This document shows positions 38,481-50,752 of a stretch of DNA of 64,000 nucleotides, piece by piece. Under the pieces are notes generated by a model. The model searched no databases. It saw only the letters and a list, made by a program, of their open reading frames with translations, and was not told the DNA's origin. Both the position numbers and the translations under genes were made by a program. The DNA is from Lama guanicoe (Eukaryota): NCBI GenBank assembly GCA_013239625.1, contig MU053561.1, positions 436,826-500,825 of the forward strand, read 5' to 3'. Numbering within the stretch: the stretch's first letter is position 1; each line of letters begins with the position of its first letter.

Positions 38481-40537
38481 ACTTTCTGTTTCTTGATAAA
38501 CATTATCACAGACGTTACAAATATTTTTTACAATTAATTTTACATTTTTATGTACGCATACTGCTAGCAATCAGAACTTACGTTCAGAGACAGGATAAAT
38601 ATTTACATCTTTTCTACCAGATTTTTTTTTGTAATTTAATTCTTTTACATTCATGATTGAGGAAAGTTAGTGGCTCATTAGTTTCTAAAAATGTTGCAAT
38701 GTCTCTACCTATCAAAGAAGTGCAAATTCAAATAACAATATAATTTGACTTATCAGATTGTTAGACTTTTGCTTTGTCTTAATGAATACTATTGTTAAGG
38801 ATATGGAGAAATTTCCCAGTAAATGAGGGTGTAAATTCCTACAGCTGAACTATTTTTGGAAAGCAGTTTGGCAATGCACATGAATAGCCTCAAAATATTC
38901 ATGCCCTTTTACCATTAATTCTAGTCCTGGGATTCTATCTTCAGAAAACAGTTTTAAGTACAGAAACAGCTTTATGAACACAGTTGTTCATAGCAGTATT
39001 CTTTGTAATAATTGCACATTGGAAACAACATAAACATCAATCAAGAGAATTAATAAGGTAAATTATGGTACAGTCTTACCACTGAAAAGATGTTTGGAAA
39101 GCAAGATACAAAGCTGAATATATATTTCAAAGGTCATCACATTTTTCAGTAGATAAAAAATATTGTGATAGATAAAAATAATTACACCAAAAGTAACTAT
39201 ACTTAATTATTAGTAAGGTTTTCCTCTTGGAGGTTAAACAGAATGACTTTCTTTTTTTCCCTTTTTACACATTTCCATGCTTTCCTAATTCTTACAATGA
39301 AAACTGTGTATTTTTTTTAATGACGTATAGTCAGTTTACAATGTCATGTTAGTCTCCAGTGTACAGCACAGTGGTTCAGTTAAACATACACACATACACA
39401 CATATGTATTCCTTTTCGTATTCTTTCTCATTACAGGCTATTGTAAGATATTGAATACAGTTCCCTGTGCTATACAGTTTATCTGTTTTATGTATAGTAC
39501 TTTATGTCAACTTTCTGTTTCTTGATAAACATTATCACAGACGTTACAAATATTTTTTACAATTAATTTTACATTTTTATGTACGCATACTGCTAGCAAT
39601 CAGAACTTACGTTCAGAGACAGGATAAATATTTACATCTTTTCTACCAGATTTTTTTTTGTAATTTAATTCTTTTACATTCATGATTGAGGAAAGTTAGT
39701 GGCTCATTAGTTTCTAAAAATGTTGCAATGTCTCTACCTATCAAAGAAGTGCAAATTCAAATAACAATATAATTTGACTTATCAGATTGTTAGACTTTTG
39801 CTTTGTCTTAATGAATACTATTGTTAAGGATATGGAGAAATTTCCCAGTAAATGAGGGTGTAAATTCCTACAGCTGAACTATTTTTGGAAAGCAGTTTGG
39901 CAATGCACATGAATAGCCTCAAAATATTCATGCCCTTTTACCATTAATTCTAGTCCTGGGATTCTATCTTCAGAAAACAGTTTTAAGTACAGAAACAGCT
40001 TTATGAACACAGTTGTTCATAGCAGTATTCTTTGTAATAATTGCACATTGGAAACAACATAAACATCAATCAAGAGAATTAATAAGGTAAATTATGGTAC
40101 AGTCTTACCACTGAAAAGATGTTTGGAAAGCAAGATACAAAGCTGAATATATACTTCAAAGGTCATCACATTTTTCAGTAGATAAAAAATATTGTGATAG
40201 GTAAAAATAATTACACCAAAAGTAACTATACTAAATTATTAGTAAGGTTTTCCTCTTGGAGGTTAAACAGAATGACTTTCTTTTTTTCCCTTTTTACACA
40301 TTTCCATGCTTTCCTAATTCTTACAATGAAAACTGTGTATTTTTTTTAATGACGTATAGTCAGTTTACAATGTCATGTTAGTCTCCGGTGTACAGCACAG
40401 TGGTTCAGTTAAACATACACACATACACACATATGTATTCCTTTTCGTATTCTTTCTCATTACAGGCTATTGTAAGATATTGAATACAGTTCCCTGTGCT
40501 ATACAGTTTATCTGTTTTATGTATAGTACTTTATGTC
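38481..40537 (+). repeat. Tandem duplication, unit 1028 bp (38481-39508 and 39510-40537)
   Basis: Junction tttatgtc-a-actttctgtttc at 39508-39510; offset 1029. Confidence 0.93.
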
Positions 40538-40715
40538 TGCAAATTCCAAACTCCCAATTTATCCCTTCCCACCCCTTTTCTACCCTAGTAACCATAAGTT
40601 TATTTTCTATGTTTGAGTCAAGAACTGTATTTTAAAGGGGCCCGAAGGGACACCTCGGCTGTGAGCAGGTGTGCAGACTGATCTGTACACGACTCCCATC
40701 TCCTGTCTCTTGCAG

Positions 40716-40821
40716 ACGCAGCAGTGGCAGTGGATGGACGGGGCCACGTATGCTTACAGAACCTGGTCTGGCAAGTCAGTGGGCAGGAACGAGTCCTGTG
40801 CTGAGATGAATGCCAAGAACA
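40716..40821 (+). CDS. REG4: REG4 exon 5, copy B (identical to copy A)
   Basis: 106 nt and splice sites identical to 35211-35316; may be a false duplicate. Confidence 0.7.
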
Positions 40822-41907
40822 GTAAGTCTTCCTGCCTCTCTTTCCAAATCGCAGCTCCTTCCCGCTACCCACTAAGAGTCAAAAAGAACACTCACTTCTC
40901 TTTGCCCCGTTTCACACCAGCAACTTTTTCCCTACAGGACAATGGCCTCATCACAGACATTATTTACCAACCTTCAGTCATCTGTGACCATTTTACAGTC
41001 TGCCATATCAGGGTACCAGCTGTTTAGTTACTTATCTAATATTTTCTTTCAATCCATTCACTTTTTTCTTAAATACGTTTATTTCCAAATTCTAGTATAT
41101 GTCATGAGGGAGAACTATGTCACATTTGGGGAAACCCAGACTACAGGGAGCAAAAATGTGTGACTCCCTTCTGGCTTCTTGAGGGTGAGGGTCCCTCATA
41201 GGCCCTGGAAACACTGGCTTGGCCTGGGTGCTTCCCGCTGGTTTGTTTCCCTGCGTTTCATCTCCAAAACGCAGAGCCCAGAAGCACAGCTGCAGGCTGC
41301 ACACAATCCACGCAGGCTCCTCGTTTCTCTCGCCGGCTTCCATTTTTTGCTTTTTATCTAGTAAGTTACGGTCTTGTGGCCTTGGTACTGATGACGTTTG
41401 GGGGCAGGTAATTCTTTGCTGTGGGGGCCGTCCTGCACACTGTACACTCAGCTGCCAGGAGCATCCCCGCCGCCAACACACACACAAACCCACTGGATTT
41501 AAGGGCAATTGTGTTACCAGGACTCCCCTCCTAGCCATGGAGCGAGCCTGGCACAGGGTCTGACTGAGGACTCAGGTTCTGGGGCTCAGGTGGAAAGGGT
41601 TTCCTATTGTCTGGGGAACAAAGCACCAAAAAGAGAGAGAGGAAAACTCCCCAACAGCACAGGGTGAGTGATGGACATGAGGAGACAGACTCTGCAGCAA
41701 GGTCTAGGAAAACTCTCAGGGACAGGAGGGTCTTATCACAGACAGACGAAGACTGTTCACAGTCTCGCAGAGATGACAGCTGCTGCTGTTAAAGGAGTAA
41801 GTCACCTCAGGTGGAAGGAACACACCAATACCAATTGGTAGAAGCTACCAAAAGGTGGATTTCTATCCAAACTAAGGAAAAATATTTTTGAACAATCAGC
41901 ACTGTCC

Positions 41908-42586
41908 AAAAACATGATGGACTATCCCAGGAAGTAGTGAGAGACCCATCGCTAGAGTTAACCAAGCAAAAGTGGGCATGGTGGTTGTTACTGTACTTGC
42001 AGCATTGAAAGTGTTAAAAGACAGGCTCAATGACACGTGAGGGTCAAATGGGCAACATTTTAGAAGAATGAGTTCTGGGGATCGCTTCAGACCTACACCA
42101 GCAGGATCTGTAGGGCTGGATGCTGGACCAAACTTCGGGGAAGCGGACCAGAGGACCAGAGGCTTCCCGATGTCCCTCCCATGGATTCTAAGATTTCGAT
42201 TGGGCAGGGTTTTCAAACAAAAATCTTTCCCCCTTGGTCCGTGTTAAAAACATGATGGACTATCCCAGGAAGTAGTGAGAGACCCATCGCTAGAGTTAAC
42301 CAAGCAAAAGTGGGCATGGTGGTTGTTACTGTACTTGCAGCATTGAAAGTGTTAAAAGACAGGCTCAATGACACATGAGGGTCAACTGGGCAACATTTTA
42401 GAAGAATGAGTTCTGGGGATCGCTTCAGACCTACTAGACCAGCAGGATCCGTAGGGCTGGATGCTGGACCAAACTTCGGGGAAGCGGACCAGAGGACCAG
42501 AGGCTTCCCGATGTCCCTCCCGTGGATTCTAAGATTTCGATTGGGCAGGGTTTTCAAACAAAAATCTTTCCCCCTTGGTCTGTGTT
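41908..42586 (+). repeat. Tandem duplication of 338/341 bp (41908-42245 and 42246-42586)
   Basis: aaaaacatgatggactatcc...cccttggtc(c/t)gtgtt occurs twice, with 5 substitutions and one 3-bp indel. Confidence 0.95.
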
Positions 42587-44202
42587 CACATCAGCAGAAT
42601 CCCCGACAAGGAAGGTGCCTGTGTGGGACCAGAAACCAGACATCCTCCTGAGAATGGCAGGCCTTTGGGCTCTTCCTTTCCCGTTCACTCAGCCCAGCCC
42701 TTGGTTCTCAGAACACAGGCTCTCAAGGCAGAAAAGCACAAGGAATGAAGCAAGGATCAGAACCTGGTGAAGGTAGAATTTAAAAGGACACTCCCCTCAG
42801 CCCTGCAATGTCACTTTATATTTGTGTAACAGATTGAGCTCCCCAAATCCAGTGGCTGATTTTTTTAAAGACCCACAAGGTATCATATTCGTGTCCCTGT
42901 GTGCATGCACGTCTGTGACTGGACGTATTCTTGTTTTATATCCACTTAGACCCTGAAAGGGCATATTCTTCTGTTCCTCTTTCTCTCTCCCTTTCTGACT
43001 CCCCACTGTAACTCTTCTGTGACTCTGGAAAACTATTTCACAGCACTTCCTGCTTGTTTACTGGTTCACTTTGAGACATGGAATAATGATCACCAGGGTT
43101 CTACAATTTTAAAATAAATTTCAAATTCAAAATAGTTTAGGCCAAGGCCATGGGCTTTGCATTCTGAATGCCCGGGGTCGGATTCCAGCTGCTTCTCTTA
43201 GCTGTGTGACCTTGACCAGATTCCTCACTTCTCTGTGCCTCAGATGCCACTCTATAAAGGGGGGAAAAGAGTAATACTGATCATCTGACGAAGTGTAAAG
43301 TGCTTATCACGGCGCAGGCTTGGCTCACGGCTCTCGTGGCCCGGATGGGAGGAGGGTCTGGTCTCTCACACACAACCCTCCCTGCACTTGCCCCTCTGGT
43401 GTTAGCAATGGAGGAGGGGGTGGACACCGACTCCCTCCCTATCTTAGTGCTCAGGGGTGAGCTTGCCATGATCTCCCTGGTTGTTTAAACCTCGTGCCAT
43501 ATTCTCTCTGCCCAACCCCGTAACCATGCCCAGACAGCTTGTAGTCTCCACCTCATTTACACTCCGTGGCCCCAGCTCTGGGCCCCATGGCTGCAGGAGT
43601 GGGCAGGACCCATCCTCCCTACCTCTTGAGAACTAGGAATGGGAGAGGATGTGCGTACCTCTCCCCGCTTTGCTGGGCTGCGCCACCAGGCCCTCTCTCC
43701 CAGGGCTCTCCTCCCGTTGACCCAAGACACACTGGTACTGGTGCCAGGGACAGATCTGCAACTCAGAGCCAGGCAGACATCCAAGTGGAGGCAACTCGTC
43801 ACCCTACAGCAGATGCCCTGGAATGACAAGTGATCCTGCGGAACTCGACTGCTGGAAGGCGATAATTGGACTTCTCAAAAATACTTCATTCTTTCCAAAG
43901 ACCACCTCTTCCCCCCTCTCAGTCCTTCTTTGTACAAGTGGCTTTTCTGGGGATGTGGCTGGCTTCAGCCACTTTCAATTCTTTGAACTTCAGACTGGAG
44001 CCTCATGGGGCCTCAGTTGTGGACATTAGGAAAAATCACTCTCTGTTCCTTACAGCATCCTGTTTTCCAACACAAGAGAATCCCTTGTTTTCAGTGAATG
44101 TATGTCAAGCCCTTCCTTCCCCCAGAAAAGTTCTGCTATGGAGCTCCTGAAGTTGCCTGTGACCTTTAAGTTATTTTTCTTTCTGTTAGCAAAGTGAGTG
44201 CT

Positions 44203-44622
44203 TGTATTAGTCAGCGTTCTCCAGAGAAACAGAAGTAACAGAATGGAGGGGGGGGGTAGAGAGAGAGAGATGGATTTGTTTTAAGGAATTGGTTCATGCA
44301 GTTGTCAGGGCTGGCAATCTGAGACCCACAGGGCAGGTCAGCAGGCTGGGCGTTCCTGCAAGAGTTGACGTTGCAGTCTTGAGTCTGAAGGTAGTCTGAA
44401 GGTAGAATTCCTTCCTCTTCCAGGAAACTCAGTCTCTTAAGGCCTTCACTGATTACCACATTTTGGAGGGTAACCTGCTTTACTCAAAGTCTGCTGATTT
44501 GAATGCCAGTCACATCCAAAACCAACAAACAAATAAAACAACAACAACATGTAGACTGGTGTTTGAACAAACAACTGGGTACCATATCCTATCCAAGTTA
44601 ACACATAAGATTAACCATCACG
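44203..44622 (-). mobile_element. MLT2 (ERVL) solo LTR
   Basis: tgtattagtcagcgttctccagagaaacaga ... caagttaacacataagattaaccatcac. Confidence 0.85.
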
Positions 44623-44719
44623 GTACCTTTCCCGATGGTTCCAAGCAAAAGATCCAGATAACACTGGTGAGCTCAACACTGAACCGGAAAGATTTAAATG
44701 AATGTTTCTTTTCTTACAG

Positions 44720-44787
44720 AGTTTTTGACTTGGAACAGCGAAGAATGCAGCAAGCGCCATCACTTCCTGTGCAAGTACCAACCGTAG
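44720..44787 (+). CDS. REG4: REG4 exon 6 coding part (KFLTWNSEECSKRHHFLCKYQP*)
   Basis: ttacAG acceptor, phase 1, 68 nt to TAG. 67+95+138+106+68 = 474 nt = 157 aa plus stop, with all six lectin-domain cysteines. Confidence 0.95.
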
Positions 44788-45300
44788 AGCCAGAATCAGG
44801 ATCCTGCCAGCCTTGCACAAGCCCCTTCCCTCTCCCTCCACTGTCACGCAGGCTGCATGTGATCACTGCCTCAGAGAGTAAACACAGCAGCTACGGCTGA
44901 CAAGGCTGTTATTGTGCTGTTTTCAGGCTCAGAGGCAGGGGCCGCAACATTAGAATGGCAGTGTCTTCCTAGCTCTAAATATTCACCCCACCATCCCTTT
45001 CCACAGTCCTCTTCTTTCCCCGTCCCCACCTCCAGCTAGCTTAAGCAGACTAGGAGGACGCATCCCCCACTGATGAAAAAGCCAGGTCCTTGGCCATCAG
45101 GGATAAAGGTTTGAAAGACAAGAGGAAGAGACCCAGGAATGAGCTTCTAGCCCTCTTCAGCTCCTGCATCCCTCTGCCCCCTCTCTACTGCCCGCCTCCT
45201 CCTCAGCCACCTGCTCAGTTTTCCATTTACCATCGGGGAACATCTACCATGGAGTCTCTGCCAGGCTGATGTGGACCATAAACCCCAGGGCCATTCTTTT

Positions 45301-45306
45301 AATAAA
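45301..45306 (+). promoter_or_regulatory. Probable REG4 polyadenylation signal
   Basis: First AATAAA after the stop, about 515 nt downstream. Confidence 0.75.
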
Positions 45307-47244
45307 GATTTGTATGCCGAGAAGATTGCTCTGTCCAATTCAGCGGTGATGAGAGTGAAAAGGTGAAACAAGACTCAGGAAACACACCCAGTGTTTCTTC
45401 ATCTCTGTCCTCCCGGTTTCGCTGCCTCCCACCTCTTCAGAACAGCTGTGCCCCACCCCCGCAGCAGCCCTGGTTGGAGAGAAGAGAGATGGAGGTGACA
45501 TGCTCAGGCAGCCTCTAAGCAGGGGTGAGTGGGTGGGAGGCACTTTCATTGTCAGCACCGCAGCTGATGAAGGAGGATGCCAGTCACGGCAGGTGCGGTG
45601 GAGCTCACTGGCCTTGGCTGCTCTTCTCTCTCCAGCCGCTAACAACCCCGGTGGCCTTGCTCCAGTCTCTTGGCCTTGTGAGGTTGGAGATTCCTTATGA
45701 GGTGGTGGCTCCAATACCGAGGAGGTCATTTTTTCTCCCAGAGATTCATGGCTCCCTAGGTCAGGAATCTACTTGAAAATTTAAGAGGAAATAAGACAGA
45801 CTTGACAATTGGAGAAAATGTGGCTTTGGTGTGATCGCATTCCCATTTGTTAGAGGGAACACCACCAGAGAGGAGAGGACAGTGGCTCGGCCCTGCAGTC
45901 CAGGCTCTGCCAAGGACCACTGGCTTCACCCACAGCACATTGCCGACCGGTAAACACAGTCTTTCACCCCAACCTGAGGATGCCCTCTGATCACCTAAGC
46001 GGGCTAAGACCAGGTACCAGATGCTGGCTAAAAGAAGAGAGGGGAAGTGAAACAGAGTTCTACCCTCTACCCTCTTCTCCTCCCCTTCCTTCTTCTTCCT
46101 TCCTCTCATCAAAATCCTGTCACTGTTTTGGTTATCAAAGACGAAAACATCAGACATAACATATTGCTCCTCCCAAGCATTAAAAACCTTGCTAACCCAA
46201 AGGATAAATCTTTTAATAGTGAGAGTTCAGACAAGAGGATGAGCAGATAGAGAAGAGTCATTCTTACCAATCATTTAGTTAGCATCAGCAAAAATCAACC
46301 ACCAACTCCCAAGGGAGAATCAAACAAAGTATCAGATTCCATGATGGAGATGGCAAATAAACCAGGAGTGCCAGACTCATAGGAGCCATATAAGAGCCTT
46401 ATTAGACTAAGTGCCAGATTCTGTGCTATTGCCTGTAAGAACTAAAAGAAGGTAAAGGAAACGTGGATGAGAGAATATCCCCAAAAGGTAGAGGTGCTCA
46501 GTTTTTTCTATGGCATAGATGAGAGATAAGAGATGCGTGGCCCACCTCCCTCCCTTACTTTATCTGTACTCTCCAGAGGAAAAAAAAATACCTCACGATA
46601 GCAAAGAAGTAGAGATGGGCAAAACAAAAATCCAAAAAGTAACAAACAGCAGATATACCAACACAAAAGAAAGTGAAACCTGTCATTCTGATACTATATG
46701 AAAAATATATTTAGAAAGAACGGCAATTGAAAAGCTCCACCAACTTAAAGCAATCTAGGTGATGTAACAGTAACTAAGCCCCCTGCCTGCAATGGCTGAG
46801 ATACCAACAATCTGCACGTACATGTGCATAGTGTGAGCTTCAAAGCCTTCCCAGACATGGACCAGCAGTCACATGTCTTATTTTGAGGCTGGGATGGTCC
46901 TTGGTCAACTCCCGGCCTGTGCTGATTGTCATTTATGCATATGGAATTTTAGTAATCCTTAATAATTCACTGAAGAGGTAGAGCGTCCTACAAAATTGTA
47001 TTGAATGTGTGCTATGCGCTAAGAACTTATTTCAGGAGCTGGGAATCCATCGGTGAACAAAGCAGGTGAAATTCTTTGCCATTTAGAACATACATTTCAG
47101 CAGGGATGATGAGCGGAGGTAGGAAGACAATTAACTAAATAAGTAAATAATGTAGTATGAGAAAGTGACAGGTACTATGGTGAAAATATAAATGCAAGAA
47201 GAGGTTTAGGAAGCAGGCATGGGAGGGGGTATGTGTGGAATAGT

Positions 47245-47700
47245 CTGTGTGCGTTTGGTCACAACTGACATTGGCCTAAACTGTCTCAAGCAAAAAAAGA
47301 GTTTATTGGTGTATGTTAATCCATAGTCTGTAAGTAGATGGGGCTTCTGGCATAACTTGATCAAGGGCTCAACAATGTCACCAAGATAGGGTTCTCTCTC
47401 TCTGCAATTTTTTGACCTTTTCTGGGAATTAAGTCATTATCAAACGCCATCTAGGTGCAAGATGGCTGCAGCAGCTCCAGCTCTCACCTTATCAGGAAAG
47501 AAATCCACAGCCCTCAAGCAGAAGCCTCCAAATTAAGCCTCATCAGCCGAGAATCTCCTGACATGAGTTATGTTCTCATTCTTCAGTCAATCACCATGGC
47601 CAGGAGGATAGAAAGTGATCATTAGTTTAGCTAAGTTCTGTCACATGTAACTTCTCTAGAGCCCAGGGGCTTAGTCAGCTTCACCTAAAGGACAGCCCCA
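47245..47700 (-). mobile_element. Degenerate MLT1 (MaLR) LTR
   Basis: aagcaaaaaaagagtttattgg; aagatggctgcagcagctccag; agtcaatcaccatggccagg. Confidence 0.55.
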
Positions 47701-48274
47701 ATGCTAGCAGATATGGTACCTTTGTAGGAATTTAAAAAAGGATGATGCCCCTCTGGGAAGTCACAGCCCCAGGGACCCACAGGACCAAAGCAGGCTGGAT
47801 ACTTAACCCCTACTTACCCCCTAGTCATGCACTTTTGCGCAGTGCACAAACTACACAGCCCTCCTCTGGGGCCCTGCTGACACCTGCAGCTGAGAGTGGG
47901 GCAAGGTGGTTCTCCACCTGGGGGCTAAGGGCCGTCCTTTGGGAAACTGTCCTAAGGCTCCACTGTAGGATTTCAGAATTAGGTGTCTGACCTGAGACTG
48001 GAGAAGCGTCTGATGTAAGAAAGAGAAAAACCAGGTAGATGTTGTTGCCTGGGGTGTGCTCACTTATATGAGACTCCAGCCAGACTGTGGCAGTTTATTA
48101 TGGTGGGGAGAGCAAAGGGTTTGGAATTAAGCCACTCTGGGTCTGGCTGACTGCCTCAAACTGGCTATACGAGATGGAGCCTGGAGCGTCTGAGCCTTCG
48201 TTTTCTTTCTGAGGGATCTGAGGATTAAATCAGCTAAAATATGTAAAGAGTTTGGGATGGAGCCTGGTATAGGG

Positions 48275-50752
48275 ACTTTCCCCCAAAATCAGATGTGAGA
48301 CAAGAATTCCTGCTTTCACTACCACTATTCAACATTGTTCTGGAAGTTCTAGTGGAAACAGACAAGAAAAAGAAATACAGAGCGTCCAAATTGGAAAGGA
48401 AGAAGTAAAACTATCTGTATTCATGGTCCTATATATGGAAAGTTATTAGGGAGTTATCAGAGCTAAAAACAAATTTAGAAAAGCTTCAGGGTACAAAATC
48501 AACATGCAAAAGTCAGTTGTTTTCATATACCAGCAATGAAAATATAAAAGGGAGATTAAGAAAGCAATTCTATTTGAAATAACATTCAAAAGAATAAAAT
48601 ACTTGGGAATATGTTTAACTAAGGAGGTGAAGAGTATGTACATTGAAAACTGAAAATCATTGCTAAAAGAAGTAAAAAAGACCTAAATAAATGGAAAGGC
48701 ATCTTATGTTCATGGATGGAAAGATTTAATATTAAGATGTAACTACTACCCAAAGCTATCTATAGATTCAATGCAGTTCCTGTCAAAATTCCAACAGTTT
48801 TCTGCAGAAATAGAAAAGAAAATTCTCCAATTCATATGGAAGTGGAAGGGGCCTTGAATAGCCAAAACAATCTTGAAAAAGAAGAACAAAGTTGGAGGAT
48901 TCACACTTTGCAATTGCAGAACTTCTGCAGAGCTACAGTAATCAAAACAGCATTATACTGGCATAGAGACAGACATACAGATCAATGGAATAGTATTGAC
49001 AGTCCAGAGATAAACCCATGCACCTATCACCAACTAATTTTAACAAGGGTGCCACGGGCATTCAATAGAGAAAAGATAGTATCTTCAGTAGATGGTGTTG
49101 GGACCAGTGGATTTGCACAAGCAAAAGAATTAAATTGGATCTCTACCTCACACCACAAACAAAAATCAACTCAAAACATGTGAATGACCTAAATACAAAA
49201 GCTAAGCCACAAAACTCTTAGAAGAAAACACGGGGTAAATCCTTATGACCAAATCCATCGGATTTGACAATGTATTCTTAGATATGACACCTAAAGCACA
49301 AGGAACAAAAGAAAAATGATTAATTAGTCTTCATCAAAATTAAGAATATTTGTGCATTGAAGAATATTTTCAAGAAAATGAAAAAAAAACTTACAAACTG
49401 TGAGAAAATATTTACAAATCGTAAATTTGTTAAGGGTTTAATATCCAGAAGATACAAAGAACTCCTGCAGCTCAGCAACAAGAAGACAAACAACCCAACT
49501 GAAAAATGGACAAAGGACTCAAAAAGACATTTCTCCAACATGATACACAAATGGCCAGTAAGCACATGAGAAGAATTCAATACCGTTAATCATCAGGGAA
49601 ATGCAAATCAAAACACAAGATGCTACCGCACATCTACTAAATTGGCTATAATTTAAAAAAACACAGAACAGTGTTGGTGAGGATATGGAAAACTGCACAT
49701 TACTGGTCAGAATGTAAAATCGTGCAATTCCTGTGGAAAACACTTTGGCAATTCCTCAAAAAGCTAAATATGGAATTACCAAATGACCCAGCAATCCAGT
49801 TGTGTACAACACTGTAAAGACAATAATGCCATTGAATTGCACATTTCAAAATGGCCAATTTTATGCTGCATATATTTTGCCAAAAATTTTCAAAATTAGT
49901 AATGTAATATGCCTAAGCCACTGAACTGCACACTTTAAATGGATGGGTTGTATGCTATGTGAATTATGTCTCAAGAAAGCTGTTTTTAAAAATCCAAAAC
50001 CACAACAACAAAACCAAGTGGGGTATCACTGCACACCTGCTAGAATGGTTAAAATTAAAAAGTCTGATAATACCAAGTGCTGGTGAGGACACACAGCAAC
50101 CAGAACTGTCAAATATTGTTGTGGGAATGCAAAATGGTGCTGCCACTTTGGAAAATAGTTTGGCAGTTTTGTTTTTTTTTAACAAAGTTAATCATTCCAT
50201 ACGATCCTTTCCTGGCTATTTACTTAAGAGTGAGAAGAACGTACAAAAGAACTGTACACCAACTTTTACCAGAAATTTTATTTGTGATAATTTAACTCAT
50301 AATGGCACAAAATCGGGGGGAAAAAGCCAATCTACTGGTGCATAGATAAACAAATTGTGGCATATCCATACAATAAAATAGTGCTCAGTGATAAACGGAA
50401 ATGAACTACTGATACACACCACATGGACAAATCTCAAAATCATTATGCTCCATGGAAGAAGCCAAACACAAGACCATGTACTGCAAGAATCCTCTTATCT
50501 GAAACTGTAGGAAAAGCAAAAATGATAGTGACAGAAAACAGAGCAGTGCTTGTCAGCAGCTGCATGTTGGGAAAGGGAACCGACTGCAAAGGAAGATGGG
50601 GGGATGGATGGATGCTGTGGGGCCATGGAAATGTTCTACATCCCAGTTGTTGTGGTGGTTACACAAACGTGTACATTTGTCACCCCATCACACTGTACAC
50701 TTAAAAAGGATGCATTTTGTAATATGTAAATTATACCTCAATAAAACTAACT
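48275..50752 (+). mobile_element. L1 ORF2 RT/C-terminal fragments and L1M 3' ends (composite)
   Basis: ttcaacattgttctggaagttcta; RATVIKTALYWHRDRHTDQWNSIDSPEINP in ORF 48836; ends aaattatacctcaataaaa. Confidence 0.9.

Larger units (their letters stand above)
36234..41577 (+). repeat. Second copy of the REG4 intron3-exon4-intron4-exon5-intron5 block
   Basis: Starts as a copy of 30142 onward (offset +6092) and ends at the same point as 36231 (gactcaggt). Duplicated ORFs in the track confirm offsets 6092 and 5505. Confidence 0.95.

Noticed and set aside
36234..41577. A second complete REG4 paralog
   Set aside because: Only exons 4 and 5 are repeated; promoter and exons 1-3 and 6 are single copy
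44463..44900. 145-aa ORF over REG4 exon 6
   Set aside because: It starts inside the MLT2 LTR at a TTG and reads exon 6 in the wrong frame
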